From an uncultured bacterium (lineage in GTDB: Bacteria; Margulisbacteria; WOR-1; CAVSGV01), in the NCBI GenBank assembly GCA_963699255.1, contig OY969425.1:750001-782000 (forward strand): a stretch of 32,000 nt of DNA. The letters run 5' to 3'. The notes under the pieces were generated by a model that saw only the letters and a program-made list of their open reading frames with translations, did not search any database and had not been told where the DNA came from. Position numbers and translations under genes: made by a program. Positions 16,146 through 24,964 of the stretch are shown here, one piece after another (within the stretch, counting starts at the first letter, position 1; every line of letters starts with the position of its first letter).

Positions 16146-17552
16146 TTATATACCGATCGCGGAACTTATGTAACTCTCAAAACTCGAGATCATCTCTTTG
16201 AGCTTGCTTTCGGAACTGCTCTCGTAATAGACGCGGATCATCGGCTCGGTCCCGGAAGGCCTGATAAGTATCCAGCTCCTGTCCTCGAATATCAGCTTGA
16301 CGCCGTCAACTTTCGAAATATGGCTCAGCTTTGCCCCCGCGGACCGCGCGGGCGGTTCTTTTTCAAGAAGCTCCATCAGCGTTTCTTTGGCTGACGCAGT
16401 CAGCTTAAGATTGATCCTCTTGTTAAAGAAGCTCCCGTATTTTTCGGAAACTTCTTTTATCAGCTGCGAGAGGGGCTTTTTGCGCCTGGCGATCATTTCG
16501 CAGATCAGGAGGTTGGCCAGGATCCCGTCCTTTTCCGGTATGTGGCCCCCTATTGTGAGCCCGCCGCTTTCCTCACAGCCGATTATAACGGGCTCTTTGA
16601 GCATGATCTGCGCGATGTGTTTGAAACCAACGGGGGTCTCATGTACCTTTATCCCGTGATATTCTGCGATGGCATCCATCATGTGGGTCGTCGCTATGCT
16701 CCTGACGACGGATCCGGAGTCCCCTCTCTCGTCAACCAAATAAGCAAATATTACGGGAAGCACCTGATTGGCGGTCAAACAATTCCCTTTTTCATCAACA
16801 ACACCGAACCTGTCCGCATCAGGATCAGTGGCAAGCCCCGCGCCGCAGCCCTCCCTCAACACCAGCTCCCTGAGTTCCTTTAAATGGTCGCCTACAGGGT
16901 CAGGGGTGATCCCTCCGAAAAGCACGTCGCGGTATCCGTGTATCATGAAAACGCTGCAGCCGGATTCCTGGAGTATCCTGTCCAGATAATCCCTGCCTGT
17001 TCCCCAGAGAGGATCATAGGCGACTTTCAATCCGGCTTTTTTGATAAGATCAAAATCGATGATCTCCCTGAGATGTTTTGCGTACCTGTTTATCGGATTA
17101 AATCTTTCGATCTTTAGTGTGACCTTTGATTCTATCTTCCCGCTGTTCTTTACGTATTTCTCTATCTCGTCCGTAATGCCGGCGAAAGCCGGACCGGCGT
17201 AATCCGGTATGAACTTCATCCCGCAATATTGCGGCGGATTATGGCTTGCCGTGATCATGATCGCTCCGCCGGCGCTTCTGTCTTTCACGGAAAAAGCCAC
17301 TACGGGGATCGGCGTGTCCCTGTCCGTCATGTAACAGGATATTCCGTTGCCGTGAAGGACTTTCACGATCTCTTCGGCATAGTGTTCCGTAAGGAACCTT
17401 GTATCGTATCCTATGATGATCCCCTTTTTTGCCAGACCATGGTTGTTCACGTATTGGGCGATTGCTTGCGCCACTATTCTCACGTTCGCGAACGTGAACT
17501 CGTCCGATATTACCGCCCGCCATCCGTCCGTGCCGAATTTAATGGCCATCAA
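16146..17552 (-). CDS. Phosphoglucomutase/phosphomannomutase family protein
   Basis: FGTDGWRAVI, active-site serine loop TASHNPPQYCGMKF, metal-binding ATDPDADR and sugar-binding GCEESGG. 468 aa. Confidence 0.9.
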   Translation of the reverse strand: MMAIKFGTDGWRAVISDEFTFANVRIVAQAIAQYVNNHGLAKKGIIIGYDTRFLTEHYAEEIVKVLHGNGISCYMTDRDTPIPVVAFSVKDRSAGGAIMITASHNPPQYCGMKFIPDYAGPAFAGITDEIEKYVKNSGKIESKVTLKIERFNPINRYAKHLREIIDFDLIKKAGLKVAYDPLWGTGRDYLDRILQESGCSVFMIHGYRDVLFGGITPDPVGDHLKELRELVLREGCGAGLATDPDADRFGVVDEKGNCLTANQVLPVIFAYLVDERGDSGSVVRSIATTHMMDAIAEYHGIKVHETPVGFKHIAQIMLKEPVIIGCEESGGLTIGGHIPEKDGILANLLICEMIARRKKPLSQLIKEVSEKYGSFFNKRINLKLTASAKETLMELLEKEPPARSAGAKLSHISKVDGVKLIFEDRSWILIRPSGTEPMIRVYYESSSESKLKEMISSFESYISSAIGI

Positions 17553-17580
17553 TTCCTCCCGTTATTTTAGTCTTTAGTGT

Positions 17581-17658
17581 GAGAGTGAGTATGGAGTAAT
17601 GAGTTTTTGGCTTTTGCTTCGCTCAAGACTCAGGACTCAAACTCATACTAATTACTTA
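17581..17658. repeat. Heptamer-periodic inverted tracts in the tRNA-Ser/pgm spacer
   Basis: The left arm is gagagt gagtatg gagtaat gagtttt (17581-17607). The right arm is caagact caggact caaactc atactaa ttactta (17624-17658). agtaatgagttt can pair with aaactcatact (8 perfect bp, then 3 more (11 bp in all) across a 1-nt bulge). Confidence 0.55.
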
Positions 17659-17661
17659 ACA

Positions 17662-17748
17662 CGGAGAGGGAGGGATTCGAACCCCCGATACACTTTCGTG
17701 TATAATCGCTTTCGAGGCGATCGCTTTCGACCACTCAGCCACCTCTCC
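17662..17748 (-). tRNA. tRNA-Ser (anticodon CGA), class II with long variable arm, CCA not encoded
   Basis: Reverse complement: GGAGAGG-TG-GCT-GAGTGGTCGAA-AGC-G-ATCGC-CTCGAAA-GCGAT-TATACACGAAAGTGTATC-GGGGG-TTCGAAT-CCCTC-CCTCTCC-G. The cloverleaf was folded by hand. Confidence 0.9.
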
Positions 17749-17798
17749 CTATACTCAAACTAAAGCTCAATAATTGACTTAAGTATATCACAAAAACA

Positions 17799-18362
17799 TT
17801 AAACTCTTGGCTTTGGGACGATCTTAAACTCACCCGGAGCAAGACCGCCAAGAAGTATCGGTCCTATGGATACGCGTATAAGACGCAGGCAGGGCAGCTT
17901 TACCGCAGCGGTCATCTTCTTTATCTGATGGTTCTGCCCTTCCATTATGGATAACTCCAGCCATGATGTGGGGATGTTCTTTCTGAACCGGATAGGTTTC
18001 GGTCTCTCCCATATTTTGGGCTCATCTATCTGTTTTGCTTTTGCCGGGAGAGTTCTCCTGCCCTGCAACATGACGCCTTTCTTTAGCTCTGTTAATTGTT
18101 CCGGCGTCGGGACACCCTCAACCTGCGCCCAATAAGTCTTATACATCCTGTTCTTCGGGCTTGCCAGCCAGTGGTTAAGGTCCCCGTCATTTGTCAGCAG
18201 AAGAAGCCCTTCGCTGTCCATATCAAGACGCCCCACGGGATAAATTTGTTTGATATGGATATAATTCTTTAAGGTAGGCCTGCCCATGTCGTCAGTGTAT
18301 TGGCATAAAACCCCATAGGGCTTATTAAAAATAACGTAGGTTAATTGACGTTCTTTCCTCAT
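17799..18362 (-). CDS. Pseudouridine synthase, RsuA/RluE family (no S4 domain)
   Basis: [17 protein letters not shown] and the catalytic motif [20 protein letters not shown]. 187 aa. Confidence 0.85.
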   Translation of the reverse strand: MRKERQLTYVIFNKPYGVLCQYTDDMGRPTLKNYIHIKQIYPVGRLDMDSEGLLLLTNDGDLNHWLASPKNRMYKTYWAQVEGVPTPEQLTELKKGVMLQGRRTLPAKAKQIDEPKIWERPKPIRFRKNIPTSWLELSIMEGQNHQIKKMTAAVKLPCLRLIRVSIGPILLGGLAPGEFKIVPKPRV

Positions 18363-18397
18363 TTGTTTGATATGTTCTTCAGCTTCGAATTAAGCAC

Positions 18398-18484
18398 CGG
18401 AGAGGGTGGGATTCGAACCCACGAAACGGTTTCCCGTTTACACGCTTTCCAGGCGTGTTCCTTCAGCCACTCGGACACCTCTCC
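18398..18484 (-). tRNA. tRNA-Ser (anticodon GGA), class II, CCA not encoded
   Basis: Reverse complement: GGAGAGGTGTCCGAGTGGCTGAAGGAACACGCCTGGAAAGCGTGTAAACGGGAAACCGTTTCGTGGGTTCGAATCCCACCCTCTCCG. The anticodon stem is CACGC/GCGTG and the loop is CTGGAAA. Confidence 0.9.
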
Positions 18485-18508
18485 CCGGGCAAAGCCACTA
18501 ATTACTAG

Positions 18509-18967
18509 TTACGATTTACTTTTACGCAACTTTACAAAAAAATCTTTTAAAATTTCCGAACATTCTGAATTTAGAACGCCTGATATCACTTTAACCCTAT
18601 GATTTAAATGCGCGGAAGAAACTACGTTCATTATGCTTCCGCACGCTCCTGCCTTCGGATCATCCGCTCCGTAGACAAGCTCCTTAACTCTTGAGTGAAC
18701 TACCGCTCCCGCGCACATGGGACACGGCTCAAGCGTCGTATACAATGTCGCCCTGCCCAGCCTCCAGCCGCCGAGCTTCTTTGCGGCTTTCTTTATGCAA
18801 AGTATCTCCGCGTGTGCCGTCGGATCAATATGTGATTCCCTTAAATTATGCGCCCTGGCAATGATCTTTCCGTCCACTACAATGACCGCACCGACAGGGA
18901 TCTCGTCCTTTTTGAAGCCCTTCCGCGCTTCATCAAGCGCAGCTCTCATAAATTTTTCATGGGACAC
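18509..18967 (-). CDS. tadA: tRNA adenosine(34) deaminase TadA
   Basis: CMP/dCMP deaminase zinc motifs HAEILCI and [11 protein letters not shown]. 152 aa. Confidence 0.93.
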   Translation of the reverse strand: MSHEKFMRAALDEARKGFKKDEIPVGAVIVVDGKIIARAHNLRESHIDPTAHAEILCIKKAAKKLGGWRLGRATLYTTLEPCPMCAGAVVHSRVKELVYGADDPKAGACGSIMNVVSSAHLNHRVKVISGVLNSECSEILKDFFVKLRKSKS

Positions 18968-19023
18968 AGAGTGATTTTACAGTATTTCAAAGGTCAAAAC
19001 AATATGGTATACTTTCCCCCGTC

Positions 19024-19452
19024 ATGGCAATAGAAGTTTATGTCGACGGCGCCGCCCGGGGAAATCCCGGACCGGCGGGAATAGGTGTCGTATTAAAAGA
19101 CGGTCCCAAGATCGTTGAAGAAATAGGCGCGTATATCGGCAAAACGACCAACAACATGGCCGAATATCTCGCCCTGATACGGGGACTGGAAGAAGTCCTT
19201 ATAAGGGGCTTTAAGTCGGCAAGCTTTTTTTCGGACAGCGAACTCCTTGTAAAACAGCTGAACGGCGAATATAAGGTCAAGCATGATAATCTTGTCCCGT
19301 TGCATTATCACGTGCTCACATTGATCGACAGGATGAAGGATTTTTCGATAAAGCATGTTAAAAGGGACTTAAATGAGCACGCGGACAGGATGGCGAACGA
19401 AGGCATAGATCTTCACGCGAAAACAACTCCCCTTTTAAAACTGATCAAATAA
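19024..19452 (+). CDS. rnhA: Ribonuclease HI family protein
   Basis: VYVDGAARGNPGPAGIGVVL, TNNMAEYLALIRGLE, FSDSELLV and EHADRMAN supply the D-E-D-D catalytic residues. 142 aa. Confidence 0.88.
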   Translation: MAIEVYVDGAARGNPGPAGIGVVLKDGPKIVEEIGAYIGKTTNNMAEYLALIRGLEEVLIRGFKSASFFSDSELLVKQLNGEYKVKHDNLVPLHYHVLTLIDRMKDFSIKHVKRDLNEHADRMANEGIDLHAKTTPLLKLIK

Positions 19453-19467
19453 TAGTAAAATATGAAT

Positions 19468-19836
19468 GAGCAGCCCGGGTAGTCGCCCGGAGAGAGCCCG
19501 CAAGGTCTCTTCGAAGGGAGGAAAGTCCGGACTCCAAAGTGCAGGGTTCCAGCTAACGGCTGGGCTCCGATGAAAATCGGGGACGGAGAGTGCAACAGAA
19601 AATACACGGCCCACCACTCCCTAAAGGAGTAAGGGCAAAGGTGAAATTGGGAGGTAAGAGCTCCCACACTTTCCGGGTAACCGGAGGTGCTGAAAACCCG
19701 ACCTGGAGCAAGGCCAAACAGGGAAAGCCGGCACGCGGCGTTATGATCCCGAGTGGGCCGCAAAGAATCCGTCAGCAATGATGGATCAAGACAGATGACT
19801 ACACAAAGACAGAATCCGGCTTACAGGGCTGCTCAC
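19468..19836 (+). ncRNA. rnpB: RNase P RNA, bacterial type A
   Basis: Universal motifs GAGGAAAGTCCGG, AGGGTTCCAGCTAACGGCTGGG, GTGCAACAGAAAA, GGTAAGAGC, GGAGCAAGGCCAAACAGGG and ACAGAATCCGGCTTA. P1 pairs gagcagccc (19468-) with gggctgctc (-19834). The ends are good to plus or minus 3 nt. Confidence 0.93.
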
Positions 19837-19849
19837 TAATTTTTACACA

Positions 19850-19948
19850 AATGAACAATTAACAATTACACAATTAATAACAAGGTAGAATTATTATAAT
19901 ATTATGTCGCGAAGCGACACATTGTTGTTCATTAAGAAATTGTTCATT
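19850..19948. repeat. A/T-rich palindromic region between the convergent rnpB and macB, with a central GC hairpin
   Basis: aatgaacaatt (19850-19860) against aattgttcatt (19938-19948) is an 11-bp inverted repeat. The left side has tandem aacaatt/aacaatt/acacaatt. ttgttcatt occurs twice on the right. The central hairpin is tgtcgc-gaa-gcgaca (19905-19919). Confidence 0.6.
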
Positions 19949-19961
19949 GTTAATTCTGCCC

Positions 19962-21923
19962 CTATTCGTACCTCAGCGCCTCTATCGGCAGCATCTTTGA
20001 CGCCCTCATCGCGGGCCACAGGCCGAAGATAACGCCGATAAGCACCGAGAAAGTGAACGAGAGGATAATGGATCCTGCCGAAATGAACGTAGTCCAGTTG
20101 GCCAGCGTTGAAAGAAGTATCGAGATGATACATCCGAAAATTATCCCTATGATACCGCCCAGGAAGCATATCAAAACAGCCTCAATGAGGAATTGGATCA
20201 GGATATCGCTTCTCTGAGCTCCCAGAGCTTTCCGGAGGCCGATTTCATGCGTTCTCTCCATCACCATAACAAGCATTATGTTCATTATCCCGATGCCTCC
20301 AACAAGCAGACTGACTGCGGCAACGGCGCCGAGAAGTATGGAAAGCGTTGTTATGACCGAACTTGCCGCCGCCTGGATGTCCGCCATATTGAATATGCTT
20401 ATGCTCTGCCTTTGCGCTTCCGTCAAACGGTGAACGCGCATTATCTCGTTCGTGATCGCGTCCTGCGCCGCCGGAATATCATCCTTATTCCTGACCATTA
20501 CATCAAAGTACGATATGTAATCAGTCCCTAGCAGCCTGTACATCGCCGTCTTTATTGGTATCACTATCCTGTCATCCGGATTCTGGAAACCGCCTCCACC
20601 CAACGCCTCAAATACACCGATGACCGTGAAGTTGACTTTGTTGATCTTTATCATTTGCCCGACCGGGTTGGCTCCGGCATACAGCTGATCAAGCACTGTT
20701 GCCCCCAGGACCGCCACCTTTGCGCGGCTGTTCGCTTCGGCTGGGGTAAAGAACCTTCCCATCTGCATCTTCTGGTCGCGAAGAGCCGGGAAATCCGCCG
20801 ATGCGCCAAGCACGGAGGTGCTCCAGTTCTTGTCCTGGCTGACCGCCTGGCCTCGGCCCTGCACGTAGGGCACAACATACTGCAGGGTGTCGATCTTCTG
20901 CAAAGCCGCAAGGTCGTCAAAACTGAACCGGGTAGTCGTGTCCATACCCAAGGATATCCCGCCCTGGCTCCTCTGCATGCGGATGGTCAGAAGGTTCGTG
21001 CCCAGCGATGAAAGGGTCTGTTCCATGCTCTTCTTCGCGCCGGTGCCAAGCGCCAGCATTGTAATGACCGCCGCGACGCCTATCATGACGCCCAGTATCG
21101 AAAGAAAGGAGCGGAGTTTATTGTTGGCGATCGAATTAAGCGCCTCAAAGACGTAGTTCCTCAGCTCCGCGAAACAAAATAAGCGGCAGCGGCCGCCCTT
21201 CTCCTGCGGCATTTCGGGGACACCGCGCTTTGTGAACTCGCTCTGTTTCTTATCGGACACTATTTTCCCGTCTTGTAGAACAAGGACACGGGAAGCAAAA
21301 GCGGCGATGTCAGGCTCGTGTGTTACCATTATGATACTGTTGCCGGCCGAATTAAGGTCCTTGAATATCTTCATTATTTCGTACGATGACTTGGAATCAA
21401 GGTTTCCGGTCGGTTCGTCCGCAAGTATCACTATCGGATTGTTCGCAAGTGCGCGTCCAAGCGCCACCCTCTGCTGCTGGCCGCCGGAGAGCTCGTTGGA
21501 TTTGTGCTTCAGCCTGTCGCCAAGCCCGATGTTCTTGAGCGTCTCAAGAACTTTCTCTCTTTTTTCTTTCGTGACATCCGAAGCATATATGAACGGGAGC
21601 ATCGCATTCTCGGTAACAGTGAGTTTGGTAAGGAGATTGAAGGTCTGGAAAACGAATCCGAAAAATCTGTTCCTAAGTCTGGCGTAATCGCTCTCCTGCA
21701 TGGATGAAATATTCTTGTTCAAAAGCCAGTATTCGCCTTTATCGACTTTATCCAGCAGGCCCAGCACCGCGAGCATGGTGGATTTGCCGGAACCGGAGGG
21801 TCCCATTATTGCGACGAACTCGCCGGGCTCGATGGAAACAGAAATCCCCTGAAGGGCGTAAACAGGGACTTTCCCGCCTATGTAATAGGTCTTATGGACA
21901 TCCTTAAGCTCAATAAGGCTCAT
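19962..21923 (-). CDS. macB: MacB-type fused ABC transporter (N-terminal ATPase plus C-terminal FtsX-like permease)
   Basis: Walker A GPSGSGKST, signature LSGGQQQRV, Walker B ILADEPTGNLD, and a C-terminal four-TM permease with a large periplasmic loop. ATGA overlap with the upstream adaptor gene. Confidence 0.92.
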   Translation of the reverse strand: MSLIELKDVHKTYYIGGKVPVYALQGISVSIEPGEFVAIMGPSGSGKSTMLAVLGLLDKVDKGEYWLLNKNISSMQESDYARLRNRFFGFVFQTFNLLTKLTVTENAMLPFIYASDVTKEKREKVLETLKNIGLGDRLKHKSNELSGGQQQRVALGRALANNPIVILADEPTGNLDSKSSYEIMKIFKDLNSAGNSIIMVTHEPDIAAFASRVLVLQDGKIVSDKKQSEFTKRGVPEMPQEKGGRCRLFCFAELRNYVFEALNSIANNKLRSFLSILGVMIGVAAVITMLALGTGAKKSMEQTLSSLGTNLLTIRMQRSQGGISLGMDTTTRFSFDDLAALQKIDTLQYVVPYVQGRGQAVSQDKNWSTSVLGASADFPALRDQKMQMGRFFTPAEANSRAKVAVLGATVLDQLYAGANPVGQMIKINKVNFTVIGVFEALGGGGFQNPDDRIVIPIKTAMYRLLGTDYISYFDVMVRNKDDIPAAQDAITNEIMRVHRLTEAQRQSISIFNMADIQAAASSVITTLSILLGAVAAVSLLVGGIGIMNIMLVMVMERTHEIGLRKALGAQRSDILIQFLIEAVLICFLGGIIGIIFGCIISILLSTLANWTTFISAGSIILSFTFSVLIGVIFGLWPAMRASKMLPIEALRYE

Positions 21924-22900
21924 TGATTCCTTTTCTGGAACGGGTTTGACGGGCCTCTGGGGCCTCTGCCTGTCTTCGCCTGAAGGCTCGCTATCATCTT
22001 GCTGTCGGGGATAACGATCTTATCCCCTTCATTTAGCCCTGAAATAAGTTCGACATTGGTCGTATTCTCAAGCCCCGTTTTTACCTGTATCGGTTTCGCG
22101 GTCTTTGTTCCGTTGTCATATTGGAAAGCATAAGTAGTGCTGCCGATCTGTTTTATCGCCCTTATCGGAATAAGCAGGACATTGTCCTTTTCCTGCGTGA
22201 TAAAATTGACGGTAGCGCTCATCCCGGAGCGGAAGAAGGAGGGAACTTCATTCGGTATCACGTCCACTTCATAGATCGTCACGTTATTGATGACCTGCGA
22301 ATCGTAAGCTATATGATTGACCTTGCCTTTTATGGTCTGTTCGGGATATGCGTCCAGCTGTATCGTCACGGACTGGCCAAGCTGGATATTGCCTATATCC
22401 GTCTCATCCACCTGAGCTTTAACTATGAGAATATCGGCCATGACAAGGACAGCGTCCGCGCCGGTAACTGTCTGGCCCGGCATGATGTTTTTCGCTATGA
22501 TAAAACCATCAAGGGGCGCGACTATCGGCGCAGCATTATATACTTTTTGCCACTGTTTATATTCAGCCGCGCTTTGAGCCCTTGCGGCATCGAGCAGCGT
22601 GGCCCTGTCAGATGAGCTCATCATAGCGAGTATTTTCCCTTTTTTGACCTTGTCGCCTTCCGCGACGTAGATCGTGTCTATTCTTCCCGCAACGGGAGGC
22701 TTGATCTCGAGCCGGTTATACGGCTCCACCGTGCCGGTGGTAGGGATCTGCGCTTTTATGGACCCGCGCATGATAGAAACCGTTTCCTGCTGTTTTGCCG
22801 CTTTTCCGCCGCATGAAGGCATGAATAAAATTGCCGACAAAAGCAGAACTATGACCCCCCTAATCTCCAATCTCTTATCTCTAATCTCTTTTTTTTTCAT
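21920..22900 (-). CDS. macA: Efflux periplasmic adaptor (membrane fusion protein, MacA/HlyD family)
   Basis: Barrel-sandwich/lipoyl-like motifs (GRIDTIYVAEGDKVKKGKILA and PLDGFIIAKNIMPGQTV). N-terminal signal VIVLLLSAILFMPSCGG, possibly a lipobox. The likely start is ATG 22900 (GGAGG 10 nt upstream), overlapping the tolC stop as ATGA. The track's TTG at 22909 is less likely. Confidence 0.88.
   Translation of the reverse strand: MKKKEIRDKRLEIRGVIVLLLSAILFMPSCGGKAAKQQETVSIMRGSIKAQIPTTGTVEPYNRLEIKPPVAGRIDTIYVAEGDKVKKGKILAMMSSSDRATLLDAARAQSAAEYKQWQKVYNAAPIVAPLDGFIIAKNIMPGQTVTGADAVLVMADILIVKAQVDETDIGNIQLGQSVTIQLDAYPEQTIKGKVNHIAYDSQVINNVTIYEVDVIPNEVPSFFRSGMSATVNFITQEKDNVLLIPIRAIKQIGSTTYAFQYDNGTKTAKPIQVKTGLENTTNVELISGLNEGDKIVIPDSKMIASLQAKTGRGPRGPSNPFQKRNQ
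22861..22897 (-). repeat. Four tandem heptamers plus an A9 homopolymer at the 5' end of the macA-like gene
   Basis: The plus strand reads taatctc caatctc ttatctc taatctc (22861-22888), followed by T9 (22889-22897). The sense strand reads ATG-AAAAAAAAA-GAGATTA-GAGATAA-GAGATTG-GAGATTA-GGGGGG. Confidence 0.85.
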
Positions 22901-24126
22901 TTTACCCAACCTCCATAACTTTTATACCATGCCGCCTCCGCGATAAGCGCCGACCGTTTTGCGGATAGCAGGCCTTTTTGAGCCTGAATATAAGTATCTT
23001 CGATACGGGACCATTCATCATAAGCCGCGAGGCCGTTAAGATATCTGGCGGTCGTTATTTTTTCACGCTCGGCGTTCGCCGCGAGCGATATTTTTGAGAC
23101 ATTAAGCGAGTCAAGAGCGTCAAGATAGCTCTGGTAAGTCTGTTTGAGGCTGTACAAAAGATTGTTATCGCTGCTGGCATAAGCTTCTTTTGCCTTATCC
23201 AGATTGGCCCCGGTAATGGCCCTGTTCGCGATGCTATCCAGGCCAGGAAAGATCGGAAGAGAAAGATTCACGCCCCATGAAGTGGATGAAGGGTTTTCCG
23301 GAGGCCACACCGAATCCGATTTATTTTCGCTTGCGTTCAAAGAGATCGACGGGAGAAAACCCGCAATGCTGGACTTTTGCGCTAAGTCGGCTATCTCGAG
23401 GGTCTTCGCCGCCTTTATGTGGTCCGGAGCGATCAAAATTATCTGATGCAGGTCCGCTGCTTCGGCTGATCCGGCATCCACCTGCTCAACCTCGCCTGAA
23501 ACCTCCTGCTGCAGGAGCTGGGAAAGCTTCAGCCATGCGAGTTCAAGTTCTCTCTTCGCCGACTTGAGATCATAATCCGCGGAAGCCTCATCGGCTTGGG
23601 TCGCCATGAGATTCCCTTTATCCTCAACACCGCCGTCATATCGGAGCTGGATAAGTTTTGTGTTCTGCTCTCTTGAATCCAGTATCTTCTGGAGAAGATT
23701 AACATTCTGCTGGGCGGTCATCAAATCTATGTATGCGAACCTGAGGTTATAGAATACCAGAGCCTTCGAAGCCTGGAAGTCAGCTCTCTGGAATTCAAGG
23801 TTCGCATATGCCGACTGGACGCCGTAATATTCGCTCATGCCCTGGAAAATACTCTGGCTCGCGGAAAGCCCGTAAGAGTAAGTTTTTGTCGTTGTGCCGG
23901 AGCCAGCAACGTTGTTCTCGCTGTAACCGGCATTGGCGGATAGATGCGGCATGAAGACCGACAATGAATCCCTGTATGACCATTCGGTCGATTCCAGCTG
24001 CTTTTGCGCAGCTACAAGGTCATGGCTGTTCTTTTCGCCCATTGCTGAAACCTCGTCCCAGGTAATGGCATGGGCCGACGCACAGATCAAAATAATACCG
24101 ACCAAACAAAGCAGATGTTTTTTCAT
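22897..24126 (-). CDS. tolC: TolC-family outer membrane efflux protein
   Basis: Two-repeat TolC-like architecture rich in alpha-helical Q/L/A segments. The signal peptide MKKHLLCLVGIILICASAHA starts at ATG 24126. The track extends the ORF to a TTG at 24171. Confidence 0.85.
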   Translation of the reverse strand: MKKHLLCLVGIILICASAHAITWDEVSAMGEKNSHDLVAAQKQLESTEWSYRDSLSVFMPHLSANAGYSENNVAGSGTTTKTYSYGLSASQSIFQGMSEYYGVQSAYANLEFQRADFQASKALVFYNLRFAYIDLMTAQQNVNLLQKILDSREQNTKLIQLRYDGGVEDKGNLMATQADEASADYDLKSAKRELELAWLKLSQLLQQEVSGEVEQVDAGSAEAADLHQIILIAPDHIKAAKTLEIADLAQKSSIAGFLPSISLNASENKSDSVWPPENPSSTSWGVNLSLPIFPGLDSIANRAITGANLDKAKEAYASSDNNLLYSLKQTYQSYLDALDSLNVSKISLAANAEREKITTARYLNGLAAYDEWSRIEDTYIQAQKGLLSAKRSALIAEAAWYKSYGGWVK

Positions 24127-24237
24127 TGAAACGATTGCAATGCTACCATATTTTCGAATATTAATAAACAATCCTTTCCGTAACTATTCAGAGTTATGGA
24201 ACCTGCCCACGACCAAAGGTTAGGGCGGTTCTCATTC

Positions 24238-24299
24238 TGTCACCCTGAACTTGTTTCAGGGTCTGAAAGCGCAGATGCCGAAATAAATTCGGCATGACA
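24238..24299. repeat. Intergenic twin-hairpin element (two 8-bp stems with 5-nt loops, bracketed by a 4-bp outer stem)
   Basis: Hairpin 1 (24242-24262) is accctgaa-cttgt-ttcagggt. Hairpin 2 (24275-24295) is atgccgaa-ataaa-ttcggcat. The outer pairing is tgtc (24238-24241) with gaca (24296-24299). Confidence 0.75.
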
Positions 24300-24433
24300 T
24301 TTTAGCGTTCCCAGAAAACTGAATACTTACCCCTCTCACGCTAATATACATATTGAGCCCACAAAAAGTTCCCGGAAATCCAAAAATACATATGGAACCA
24401 TTTAAAGCGTTTTAGTGTAAAATATAGTGTATT

Positions 24434-24964
24434 ATGCCGATCTCAAAAGAAACAGCCGAAGCCTTTGTCTCAGGTGATCTGAAGGCGTTTGAAACGGTTT
24501 ACAGGGAAACATTTAAAACTATCTATCAGCTGGTTTACAGAATGACCGGCAGCCGGCAGGATGCCGAAGACGTCACGCAAGATATATACTTGAGGGCATA
24601 TGAAAAAAGGGGCCTTTACAAGAAAGAAAGATCGGCGCTATCGACCTGGATCTACCGGATAGCAGTGAACTATACATTAAATTCCTTAAGGAAAAAGAAA
24701 CGCTGGAGCAGCGACAGCCTTGTTGAAAACAGCGCGGCAGCAGATGTCTTGATCGAAAACCTGGATGAAATTGATATGGTCACGGATCTGCTGGGAAAGC
24801 TCAACCCGGATCATAAAGCGTGCCTTGTGCTCCGGGAAGTGGAGGATAAGTCTTATGATGAGATCGCGGAAATACTCGGCATTTCCATCGGGACCGTCCA
24901 CTCCCGCATAAGCCGCGGGCGTGACCAATTGAAAAAACTTTTCAAAGAGCATTACAGGAGGTGA
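24434..24964 (+). CDS. ECF-type RNA polymerase sigma factor (sigma-70 family, group 4)
   Basis: Region 2 DAEDVTQDIYLRAYEK..STWIYRIAVNYTLN and region 4 SYDEIAEILGISIGTVHSRISRGRDQLKK. 176 aa. Confidence 0.9.
   Translation: MPISKETAEAFVSGDLKAFETVYRETFKTIYQLVYRMTGSRQDAEDVTQDIYLRAYEKRGLYKKERSALSTWIYRIAVNYTLNSLRKKKRWSSDSLVENSAAADVLIENLDEIDMVTDLLGKLNPDHKACLVLREVEDKSYDEIAEILGISIGTVHSRISRGRDQLKKLFKEHYRR

Noticed and set aside
17717-17724. GCGATCGC (the cyanobacterial HIP1 octamer) as a sign of HIP1 enrichment, alongside the STRR-like heptamers
   Set aside because: I noticed only one copy, and it lies inside the tRNA-Ser anticodon stem. There is no evidence of enrichment in this window.
19024-19452. 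The RNase H gene as part of a retroelement
   Set aside because: There is no reverse transcriptase, integrase or LTR/IR structure nearby. It is a stand-alone 142-aa RNase HI-family protein.
19413-19781. Track ORFs 19413-19778(-), 19435-19617(-) and 19590-19781(+)
   Set aside because: They fall inside the RNase P RNA gene, whose conserved ribozyme motifs explain the sequence.
24301-24433. A specific promoter call for the ECF sigma operon (GGAAC at 24394-24398; direct repeat tagtgta at 24413-24419 and 24425-24431)
   Set aside because: I could not find a convincing -10 element at ECF-type spacing from the GGAAC, and sigma70-type hexamers are ambiguous. It is mentioned only as a lead, not as a feature.
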